Assembly: GCA_020184695.1 (NCBI GenBank) | Contig: JAANOX010000082.1 | Span: 124,001 to 188,000, forward strand | Origin: Histomonas meleagridis 2922-C6/04-290x | Taxonomy: Eukaryota; Protista; Parabasalia | Direction: 5' to 3' | DNA length: 64,000 nt | Shown here: piece after piece, positions 1 to 9,776 of the stretch | How positions within the stretch are numbered: position 1 is the stretch's first letter | Layout: every line of letters starts with the position of its first letter | Translations under genes and position numbers: made by a program | Notes under the pieces: generated by a model | Seen by the model: the letters and a program-made list of their open reading frames with translations, nothing else | Databases searched by the model: none | Told to the model about the DNA's origin: nothing

Positions 1-1811
1 CCTTCATCATGTTGTTGACCTCCACCTGTTGGATATAATATTGTTGAATCACAAACAAATGATTTTTTGTTAATTACCTTAAGAACTTTAGCTGTATGTG
101 TATATACATGTTCATATTCCGGTAAATTATATAACTCTTTGGTAGCTGGTAAATTACTTACATCATATTGTGATTGTTGTAACATTTTTCCAGTACGAAT
201 ACGATGTTCATCAAACTTCAACCATAAATCATCTGGCGCTTGTTGCCCTGAAAATTCGGATATTTCTGCTGGATCTAATCCATATGATTCAATTGCTAAG
301 ATCCAGTCATTAATTGTTAATGTCTTATCACCTTTCTTTTTATCAATTAATGACTTCAACATACTAATGCTCTTAACTTTACCAGTTGTCCATCTTTCAT
401 ATTCTAACTTAATAACTGTCTCTAAGCAGCGAATGTTCTTAAACTCAGGAACAAATCCTTTAAGTCCATTAATGTGACTCTTAAATAAGCCAATGATTCC
501 TTCGACGCCGCCAATCTTTTCGAGCCAATTACGTTTCTTTAAGATTGCAAATACACGGCGAAGAACATTACGGATATTACCACCGCCGCCGACATTTGAT
601 GGTAATGCGCCATCTTCAATTGCAAACAAACATGTGCGGGTATGATCGCAGATGATGATAAGATCTGAAAATTGTTTAAGTTCTTCTTGGAAACGTTCAA
701 GTTTCGTCTTGTTTGGATCATCTTCGCATGGACAATTTAGTCCCATCTTTTCGCCAATTTTAAGCCATGAGCCACTGACGTCATCATTTTCATCTACATC
801 AAATAACGCTGTGTATTGCGCAAATTGACGGAAATGTTCCGTATCAATTGGTACTCCAAGTTTGGCGCTTAATTCAGGTAACATGTAATCAAAGACATAG
901 ATATATGATGTCCAGCCTCCATTAATGAGCCATGGAATTCGTTCTAAGCCAATACCAACATCAATAACTTTGGTATCAATTGGTGTAAATTTATAATCAG
1001 GTGAAACAGCATATTCCGTGAAAACCATATTACCAATCTCAAGGCCACCATAAAAGAACTCAACACAAGCGCCACAGTTACCTCCACCTTGCCATACATC
1101 TTCAATAAATGTTAGGCCATCTTTCTTAAGATGAAGAGTTTCGATGCACCATCGATAGTTGTTTTCAATGCAGCTGTCTTTCCAATAGATTTCTTCAATT
1201 TCGTCATATGGAGGTTGTGGTGGATGTGTATGATCAGCATGGTTAAAGACTTGAATACCAAGCATGTTAAAGCCGGAATAATGACGACCTGTAACACCGA
1301 TGTTATCAAGATCATTGAAACGAAGGCAAAATTGACATTGAATAAGTGGGTTACCTGGTGGTTCGGATTCACCAGAAACACAAAATGGTTGGTAACAATA
1401 AATACCAGCTGCTACAAAGTCAACATCACTACGCCATCGTGCAACAACTGGGTATCGGGGTACGACTGTATGAGGAACACGAGTAGTGGTGAACGATTTT
1501 TGGAAGTCTTCCCAAGCTTGATAATAAGTAATCTTTTGATTGGTGTTTTCTTGATTGATGAATGAATAACCTCCAGCACAAATGCTATCACCGCAATTGT
1601 CACGAGTAGGATCAGATGACCAGAAGTATTTGTGACATTTCTTGCATTGTAATCTTGTGAATCCTTGTGAAGATAAGAATTTTGTTGGCCATGGACTTTT
1701 ACCTTCGGCCATTAATTGATTAAAGAATACTCTAGCTTTCGATTTGACTTCAGATGGTGTTAATGGAACTGGTCCATTATCCTTCTTTTGAGCAGCTTTT
1801 GCTGGGCTCAT
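1..1811 (-). CDS. alaS: Alanyl-tRNA synthetase, archaeal-type (3' partial, runs off the window)
   Basis: Manual translation from ATG at 1811 is open to base 1. It has an N-terminal Zn motif (CKKCHKYFWS..CGDSIC), YPVVARWRSDVDFVAAGIYCYQP, QFCLRFNDLDNIGVTGRH, EDVWQGGGNCG, VIDVGIGLERI, DHTRT and LYPTGGGQQHDEG. It is absent from the ORF track because no stop lies inside the window. Confidence 0.93.
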   Translation of the reverse strand, partial: MSPAKAAQKKDNGPVPLTPSEVKSKARVFFNQLMAEGKSPWPTKFLSSQGFTRLQCKKCHKYFWSSDPTRDNCGDSICAGGYSFINQENTNQKITYYQAWEDFQKSFTTTRVPHTVVPRYPVVARWRSDVDFVAAGIYCYQPFCVSGESEPPGNPLIQCQFCLRFNDLDNIGVTGRHYSGFNMLGIQVFNHADHTHPPQPPYDEIEEIYWKDSCIENNYRWCIETLHLKKDGLTFIEDVWQGGGNCGACVEFFYGGLEIGNMVFTEYAVSPDYKFTPIDTKVIDVGIGLERIPWLINGGWTSYIYVFDYMLPELSAKLGVPIDTEHFRQFAQYTALFDVDENDDVSGSWLKIGEKMGLNCPCEDDPNKTKLERFQEELKQFSDLIIICDHTRTCLFAIEDGALPSNVGGGGNIRNVLRRVFAILKKRNWLEKIGGVEGIIGLFKSHINGLKGFVPEFKNIRCLETVIKLEYERWTTGKVKSISMLKSLIDKKKGDKTLTINDWILAIESYGLDPAEISEFSGQQAPDDLWLKFDEHRIRTGKMLQQSQYDVSNLPATKELYNLPEYEHVYTHTAKVLKVINKKSFVCDSTILYPTGGGQQHDE

Positions 1812-2159
1812 TTTTTAAGTGGGAAATTTGATAAAGTTCGGTTTGGCCGGGCGATTCAAAAGAAGCAAACAAATATCGCTTCAAAAAGTTTGTAGTGTGG
1901 CAAAAGAAATTGATGAAATTAATCGTTCGTCTATTTATCTTAGTGAAAAATAAAATATGAAATCATTTTTATCTGTCATTCGTGAATTAATTTGATATTT
2001 AGTTTCAGGTAATATTTCGCATCGTATGGAGATTTTAAATAATTTAATTGGTTTAACTTATCAAGAAATTATTTCCCTGTATAAAACAAGTAACAATATT
2101 AAGAGTTTCATAAAAAAATGGGTTTCATAGTATACAAGATTTATTAAAACAATTTAAGT

Positions 2160-2900
2160 TTATGCAGCGCTACCGCTACTGCTACTTGATGTATCAGATT
2201 TGCTAGATTCGTGGTCGCTTTCTTCTTCAATCAAATCTTCTTCTTCATGATAACTTTCACTTGATTCCATTGAATCTGTTTCATCATCACTGTAATCGAC
2301 TTCGTCGTCATCAGAGTCACTCGACATTCCTTCAGAAACATAGTCCTTGAGGACAAATTTCTTTGTGGTGAAATTGGAACCAAATCTTTTTTCAAATAAA
2401 TGAACATAAGTTGGTCCAAACCATCCTCCATCAATTTCTGAGTACTTATCAATCTTTAGGTCATAGACATCGTGGCAACAAGGACAATAAAACATCACAC
2501 TATAAAGACCTAATCTATCTGAAATACCATATGGAAGACATTGAGCATTGCAAAAAATTCTGGGACACTTAGGATATTTATTGCCTTTGTAAACATCTTT
2601 CATAAAATCAATTCCATCATCAGAAGATAAAAAACGTGCATGAAGATACCCATAGAGTAGAAATGCTTGTTGAATAATCTCTTCATTCTCTTCATATTTG
2701 GCATATACTTTAGGATCATTGAGAACGTCATAAAGATCATCCATATTTGTAAAATATTTCTTCAGACCATAATAGTTAAAGTAATCATCCAAATAGTATT
2801 TTGGGATTGGAATCATAACTTCACCATATTTTGAATTTTTCACGTATGCTACAAAATTAGAGCAATTAGTCATTTTCCCAAAGGAAAGTCGAACAAACAT
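2160..2900 (-). CDS. CSNK2B: Casein kinase II regulatory (beta) subunit with acidic C-terminal tail
   Basis: LLYGYLHARF, Zn-finger CPRIFC...FYCPCCHDVY and IDGGWFGPTY motifs. First ATG is at 2900 (the track starts at a TTG, 2906). Confidence 0.88.
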   Translation of the reverse strand: MFVRLSFGKMTNCSNFVAYVKNSKYGEVMIPIPKYYLDDYFNYYGLKKYFTNMDDLYDVLNDPKVYAKYEENEEIIQQAFLLYGYLHARFLSSDDGIDFMKDVYKGNKYPKCPRIFCNAQCLPYGISDRLGLYSVMFYCPCCHDVYDLKIDKYSEIDGGWFGPTYVHLFEKRFGSNFTTKKFVLKDYVSEGMSSDSDDDEVDYSDDETDSMESSESYHEEEDLIEEESDHESSKSDTSSSSSGSAA

Positions 2901-2935
2901 AGTCAATTTGTGAGTACGTTATTTCTTCAAGTAAA

Positions 2936-3673
2936 ATGCACCACCATTTTGATGAGAAAGAAGAAACCCTTTTAGATGTAACACTTAAAAAATACCCAAA
3001 AGAATCAATGAACAAAATTTTTAATTTGAGAATATTTATGACTACAAAAGTTACAGAGGAATCTTCAAAAGATAAAATTTGTTCTTATCTCACGAAATGG
3101 ATTGGAAAATCAGACTCAGATTCTATTTATGGTCTCTCACTTTTATATCCAGGATCAACAATTCATTTCATCCAATCAAATTATGAGAGAATGTTTCAGT
3201 TTTTAAGGGCATTTAAAAAAGACAAAGATGTTCATGGTATGTGGCCTGTAAGGATGTTAATTTCTACTGATAATGTTGTTCCAGACACGATCAAATTTTA
3301 TGATGTTTCACAAATTGATTCAATGAAACAAGATTTTTTTACAGCAAATGCAGCTCTTGAAATATCTATTGCAGAAGTTTATAATTCTTTTCTTTATTTA
3401 TGTGAGAGTTTATCCTCATTACCAGATAATACAAGAAATGACTCTTTGCAAAATTTAATTAGAGACTATTTCAAATGCCTCCCAGCGGACTTCCGCGTTT
3501 TGGGATTTGCTGAGAATGCAGAACTTCCAACACTCGAAGAATATCTTGAAATATATGATGAGCCTATTGAATGGACGCCAATGTTTGAAACAATTTGGCC
3601 ACCAGAACAGCGACATGATCTATCTGTGATTGAGCAAATATCTGAAAATGATAATGAACAGAACCAATCTTAA
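2936..3673 (+). CDS. Hypothetical protein, possibly TEX47/BLUF-like fold
   Basis: 245-aa ORF. GLSLLYPGSTIHFIQS and LPTLEEYLEIY resemble my recollection of TEX47-family motifs; not verified. Confidence 0.5.
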   Translation: MHHHFDEKEETLLDVTLKKYPKESMNKIFNLRIFMTTKVTEESSKDKICSYLTKWIGKSDSDSIYGLSLLYPGSTIHFIQSNYERMFQFLRAFKKDKDVHGMWPVRMLISTDNVVPDTIKFYDVSQIDSMKQDFFTANAALEISIAEVYNSFLYLCESLSSLPDNTRNDSLQNLIRDYFKCLPADFRVLGFAENAELPTLEEYLEIYDEPIEWTPMFETIWPPEQRHDLSVIEQISENDNEQNQS

Positions 3674-3992
3674 TTTATAAAGATTTTTGTGTTTTATTTT
3701 TGTGCATCTTTAAATGCTAGTGTAACATATCTAAAAAGCATTGTTATACTCGATTTTTTGATAATAATTAGATTGAATAATGTTTTTAAATTCTATTAAA
3801 AAAAATAGATAAAATAAATTGATAAAAGCGAATGAACTTTAATAACAAAGTTTTTTCTCTATTAAATTGTTCTTAGTGAGAAAAGATTACCCAGATTTAT
3901 AACCGTAGAATCAGTATGGTCCATAAATTATAGAAAATTTTAATTGAGTCTCACAATAACCGCTTGAATTCAGAAATTTACTTGTTCCAAGA

Positions 3993-4709
3993 ATGAAGAA
4001 CACCCCACAAAAATCAACTCCAGCCCACTGGGAGCTTCTCACCCCAGAGGATCAACATGGGTACGAGATGCTTCAAAAGGCTCTTGCCTCACCAGAATGC
4101 AAAAATCGTCGAAATAAGTCAAATGAAACTTTTATTGAAGTGTTAAACACAATCAAAAATTATGTTGTAAGAGGTGATGAAGGCGATATTAAACGATCCC
4201 TTGTTTGTGGTATTGTTTGGCTTGAAAGTGGCATTGCAATAAATACTCATCAATTAAGCCCACTTATTCATAAATGCAAATCATCTATTAATGGTTCATT
4301 TCAATCTCTTGGATATGGTACAATTCCTACTGGTTCAGATTCCTCTAATGAGCTTCTCTCAACATTTCCATTCATGCGTGCTAATTTTTCAGAATTACGC
4401 CAATGGACCATTCGGCAGAAGATAACAGATAACCAACCAAAAGCAAAAATCAGTCAACTTGTTCTCCAAAAACTTCAGAATACAGCACCGCCCGAAGAAG
4501 ATAACTCAACTAATACCAACGAAATGACACTCACAGAGTTTGTCCGTAATCTCCTTGCACAAAAAGGTCAACGTGCTGTACTTTCAGCACCACCAATTCC
4601 ACCACCAAAAACCACAACAACACCTCCACCAGATATACGGGACGATCCTTTCACATTTATTGGTGATAGTTCTGGCTTCAATGCATTTGATTTTCTCGAT
4701 GAACTCTAA
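3993..4709 (+). CDS. Initiator-binding-domain (IBP39-like IBD) protein
   Basis: WELLTPEDQHGYEMLQ..RSLVCGIVWLESGIAINTHQL..KCKSSINGSFQSLGY is the typical trichomonad IBD signature, followed by a Pro-rich tail. Confidence 0.85.
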   Translation: MKNTPQKSTPAHWELLTPEDQHGYEMLQKALASPECKNRRNKSNETFIEVLNTIKNYVVRGDEGDIKRSLVCGIVWLESGIAINTHQLSPLIHKCKSSINGSFQSLGYGTIPTGSDSSNELLSTFPFMRANFSELRQWTIRQKITDNQPKAKISQLVLQKLQNTAPPEEDNSTNTNEMTLTEFVRNLLAQKGQRAVLSAPPIPPPKTTTTPPPDIRDDPFTFIGDSSGFNAFDFLDEL

Positions 4710-4879
4710 CCAAAATTTTTCGCCAATTTTTAACGTTCTCCGTTATTTTAAACGGTCTCTTTAAGACCTAAACGGCCACATCGAACACAAAATTAAAAGA
4801 TTCTGGAAAATATGGTTATTCTTTTAATGTGATGCCCGCCCAATTTTTATTAAAAGCTATACCAAAATCATGAAGATAA

Positions 4880-5905
4880 TGAGGAGATCTTCTAATAAGT
4901 TTACAGGTGACCAATTATGGAATCTTCATCAAGTAAATATTTGATACGTCGAACAGAATTAGCTGTGGTTACATGTAATACACCGGAAATACTTCCCATT
5001 CTAAAATTGCTGGATCATGTGTTTTGGCACTTTATGATCATGAAGTTAACGGTCAGCGCCGATAACGAATTTTCAACGGTCGATAATAACCGCCAGTAAA
5101 TTATCGCCCAATTCTGCATATGGCATTGCGCTCTCTTTCGTAGCAGCGCTGAGAGCAAATTAAAGTTGGTCGTGCGATTGTTCGGGATTACGTACATAAA
5201 CTTTGACTAAAGCTGTTAAAATTTGTAATTTAACTTCTGGAATTTCATCTTGAAATGAATCTAATAAAACATCAACGTTCTTTATGATGGTGTTGTACTC
5301 ATCAAGTATCCATATGGCAGCTGCTTTCGCTCGAGAATCTTTGTTTTTTTCAAGATTGGAACAAACTATTTGAATGATGGATTCAAACATTCCAGGGAAA
5401 TGTCGAAGGGCATCGGCAATAACAGTAATAGCTTCTTCAACGGCATATTCAGCTTCAACAAGTTTAACAAGTACATCTACACAACGACGAGCTCCTACTT
5501 CAACTTTAATAGCGATCTTCTTTAGAGAATTAATGGCTTTTCGAACAAAGTGAACATCAACTGAATTACAATATTCCTCAAGTTAACCCATACGTAAAGT
5601 TTTTAGCTGTTATAACATGAACCATAATATCAAGTTTTTCTAATTTTACATGGCTTGGATCATTATATTTACGAAAGAAAAATCAGATTTGGTTTGAGAG
5701 GAATTTTGGATACTTTATAATTAAAAGTGACAGGTTGAATTTCAACCTGAGATTATAAACTAAAGTTATGATTGTGGGATACCACCGCTCATTAATGAAA
5801 CAACTTTATTAGCCGCTATCTTTCGCTGGTGACTATTATTTGAGTCAAGCATATCTCTGAGTTTGGAAATTTCTCCTTTTCTTGAACATATGTTAACATC
5901 AGAAA
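4880..5905 (-). pseudogene. Beta-adaptin (AP-1/AP-2 beta subunit) pseudogene with internal deletions
   Basis: Fragments RKGEISKLRDMLDSNNSHQRKIAANKVVSLM, YVNSVDVHFVRKAINSLKKIAIKV and AKAAAIWILDEY..EVKLQILTALVK are separated by stops, frameshifts and deletions. Confidence 0.75.
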
Positions 5906-6860
5906 CAAATTCTTTTCAAAAGGTAAATCTTACTTCATTGTTGTGAACAGGTTATGTTACTGTGATAGCAAAGCAGATTGAGGTTAAAATGACCTTTTTA
6001 AGAAATTCAATATTTAATAAAAGTTGTCCATAATTTTTAAAATCGATTATGATCTCAAAATATATTGATCTAAAACTAATCTGTATGTTATTCATCAGGA
6101 CTATATGTTTTTCGCTATCATTAACTTAAATGACATGTTAATGATTTTATAACTACTATATATTATATTTGTATCAAACGTAATAGTAATTGTTATTGAT
6201 GGCAATAAGATTTGCTTTCCACTAGAATCAGGATCCTGATTTGGAGATCTAAAAACGAGAAATGGAGTTGATCCAATCCATTTGAAGGTTTTAAAAAAAG
6301 CTCATTTTAAATGTGATGTTTTCGTTAAAGTGCATCTTTTGTACAAATATGAAATATTTTACAATGAAATCTGATTTAAACGGATTAATGAAAAATGTTT
6401 TAGGAAATTTATAACATGTAAATATATATATATATATATAATTGTCATGCTATATGGCAAGATCTACTTAGGATTAAATTTTTTTCTTTTTCTACTTTGA
6501 ATGGATTTGTTCAATAAGGTTTTAGAATGATAACAATTCTTTACCAAAATGGAAAGAATTCCATTTGATCATTTGCTTCATCTGTTATCTCATCTTGTAT
6601 TCCTTCTTTTTTACTAAACATTTTAATTATTTCGGTAAATTCATTTTTTTTTTTGCATACATGTATGCTGTACTTTATATAATTTTCAAATATAATAATA
6701 AAATCCAAAAAAAATTGGATAAACATTAAGCTTTATACATAAACATCTTTAGCATTAACATCAATTCCTTCTTGTTCAAGAAGTAATTTAACTATTTCTG
6801 TATGACCATTTTTAGATGCAAACATAAGTGCTGTCCAAAATAATTTAAATAATTTCCAAA

Positions 6861-7444
6861 TATTATTTGTGAATTCTCATCAAGCCACTTTTTGAAATGA
6901 AAAAATTAAAAAAAATAATTTCGTTCACAATTTTCAATTCAATTTAAAATTGCAAAAATTTTATTGTTTATAAGAAAGTGCCTCTGCAATTTCCATACCA
7001 GCTCTGCTCATGTCTACTGAAAATAATGTGCAAAACTATTAATGTAAGCTAGTAACGTACAACATTTCATATTCTGATTCTTTTTAAATATAATGAATGC
7101 AACCATTTTGTCATGAGTAATAGGAAATGGTTCTTCGTGTATTAGATTTATCATCACTTTGGCATATGCATGAATCAGCCTATCATATGTACTTTTTCGT
7201 TCCTGCTGAAACATTTGCGGCTGATATTGTATCAGCTTCAGCAAGTAATTGCTCCATCAATGACATTTTAAATATGATTCATAAAAAAAAACTTAAAAAC
7301 AATATTGAAAATTGTGAACGAAATTACTTTTTTTAATTTTTTCATTTCAAAAAGCGTCGATGAGAATTACACATAATAAAGGCAACTTTTTAAGACGATG
7401 ACCAAAGTTCATCGTCTTAAAAAGTTGCCTTTATTATTTGTGAA
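6861..7444. mobile_element. Non-autonomous inverted-repeat element inserted in an ankyrin spacer
   Basis: Imperfect IR of about 67 bp (6872-6938 vs 7304-7368). A 13-bp direct repeat TATTATTTGTGAA lies at 6861-6873 and 7432-7444, and the interrupted spacer resumes on the far side. Confidence 0.55.
7373..7437. repeat. Perfect 29-bp-arm palindrome with a 7-nt loop
   Basis: ATAATAAAGGCAACTTTTTAAGACGATGA-ccaaagt-TCATCGTCTTAAAAAGTTGCCTTTATTAT. Confidence 0.92.
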
Positions 7445-7479
7445 ATATTAAATTATTGAAATAAATTTTAAACTAAATA

Positions 7480-8152
7480 AATAAAACTCTTTATCATTAA
7501 TATCAATTCCTTCTTGTTCAAGAAGTAATTTAACTGTTTCTGTATGACCATTTTTAGATGCTAACATAAGTGCTGTTTTAAATAATTTAAATAATTTCCA
7601 AATATTATTTTGAAATATCGAATTATCAAAATAAATTATAAATAAAATAAATAAATATCTTTTGAATTAATATCAATTCCTTCTTGTTCAAGAACTAATT
7701 TAACTGTTTCTGTATGACCATATTCAGATGCTAACATAAGTGTTGTTTCAAATAATTTAAATAATTTCCAAATATTATTTTGAAATATCGAATTATCAAA
7801 ATAAATTATAAATAAAACAAATAAATATCTTTAGCATCGATATCAATATTGTCTTGTTCAAGAAGTAATTTAACTATTTCTGTATGACCATTTTCAGATG
7901 CTTTCATAAGTGCTGCCCAAAATATTTTAAATAATTTCCAAATATTATTTTGATTTATCAAATTATTAAAATAAATAATATATTTAGCATTAACATCAAT
8001 CCCTTCTTGTTCAAGAAGTATTTTAACTATTTCTGTGTTACCTTTTGAAGATGCTCTAATAAGTGCTGTGTTAAATAATTTAAATATTTCCCAAATATTA
8101 TTTTGAAATATGAAATTATAAAAATAAAAATTAATTAAAACAAATAAATATC
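7480..8152 (-). repeat. Tandem ankyrin module (102 nt) plus spacer (68 or 51 nt) array
   Basis: Modules at 7972-8073, 7819-7920 and 7649-7750 are each 102 nt (34 aa). Spacers are 8074-8141 (68), 7921-7971 (51), 7751-7818 (68) and 7581-7648 (68). Confidence 0.85.
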
Positions 8153-9776
8153 TTTAGTATTAATATCAATTCCTTCTTGTATTAAAATATATTTAATAAG
8201 TTCAATATTTCCTGACTCTAATGAAAATACTAAAATATCTTTCGGAATTTGATTACTTTCAAGAAAATGTTTAATGAGAAATATGTTTCCAATTCTTGCT
8301 GCTTCATTAATAATGTATTCGCAAATTGGCATCCCTTCTTTTTGTAAAAATATAAAAATTTCATAATTATGAGATGAAATACACTTCTTTCCAAATTCTT
8401 CTAAATTATTAATTTCAGCAATTTTATTTTCATAAAGATATTTAAAGATATTATTTCGATGAAATTCAATTGCTGCTTCATATCCACTTTCAAATGATGA
8501 ATGATTTTGTTCACATAAATGAATGATTTCTTCATTTCCACCTGCAACTGCATATTTACCTGTATTATTTACTTTTGCATTACTCATAAGTAAATATTTT
8601 CTCATAAAGTGATGGTTTAATTGTTTGATTAAAATCGAATTCATTTTGTGATGATATTTCTTGAAGTTTTTCTATTTCATCATTTCGAATTATTTTCGAA
8701 ATTTCATTAGGATTATGTCCTTCTTTAATAAGTTTCTTATGAATTTCCCAATCATTCTTTGAAAGTTTTTCAATGTTTACTATCTTTTGTTTCAAATATT
8801 CTTTTTTTTCTAGAAATTTTTTGGACATGTAATGTATAAAATACGATTCTTCTCTCATCTGTAAAACTATGTTTGATTCGCATAAATTTTCTTGAATCAT
8901 TCTCTCAAGAAAATAATTTGATTCTTGAGAATGTATATTTAAAATCATTTGTAAAAAAACTTTATGTATTTTACTTTGAATTTGTTTGTTATCTTCAAAA
9001 TTTTTTATTTCTTTAATGAAATTCATATAGATTTCAAAATCATTCATACCTGATACAAATGATGAATAAATTATTTGACTAATAAGTAAGTTAAATGAAT
9101 AATGGTAATTATTATCAAATATATCAAATATTGAAAGAGTTGATTGGACAATATTTTCTTTATTTAATGAAAATATTATTTTTTGAATATACTGAATTGT
9201 TTCCCAATTGTTCATTTTTGTTTTATCTCTTTGTTTCATTTATAAAAAAATGTGGCAAAATAGTTCGTGGATTTTAAACGGTCGAAAATCTGTACGTTAA
9301 GGGAATATTTTTTTGCTTGCAGCTTTATCCTTGATAAATAAAAACTTATCCTATTCAACAAAGCTCCTGTTTTCTCTAATCTATCTTTCTATATTATAAT
9401 TATCCTTTGCTAACCGATTTGATTTTTTTTGAGTTTTAAATGCCTCTAAAACTCATTCATAGTAAAATTTTTGCTTAGCTAATATACTTTACACCATCAA
9501 AATAATAATTTGTTTCGATTTATATAAGAGAATTTTCAAGCAAAACAAAAACCCGCCTGACAAATTTTATTATTCTAAATTAAGGGGAAAAAATTATTAC
9601 ATTCTCGTGAACAAAATCTTTTCCTGTATAAAATTCTTGGAAAACGATAGGTACACGAACCATTTTCATGTGCATTAATTCCGAGCTATAGTGAAAGGAT
9701 AAAGTTTACTAATAATTTTTCATCGTTACAAAAATAAACGGTTCCCATTGCTATTGTTACGAAAGTTTTTACAATA

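Larger units (their letters stand above)
6541..9239 (-). pseudogene. DUF3447-type ankyrin-repeat gene with spacer-interrupted repeat array (locus A), disrupted by an internal deletion near 8600
   Basis: ORFs 8580-9239 and 8135-8644 align to the intact paralog at 58972. The segment RYSFVNKK..VKCF is deleted, causing a frameshift. Five further ankyrin modules and a terminal module follow downstream. Confidence 0.8.

Noticed and set aside
67-1603. Track ORFs 67-477, 539-721, 1112-1381, 1131-1565 and 1412-1603 as genes
   Set aside because: They are antisense or alternative-frame shadows of the AlaRS CDS.
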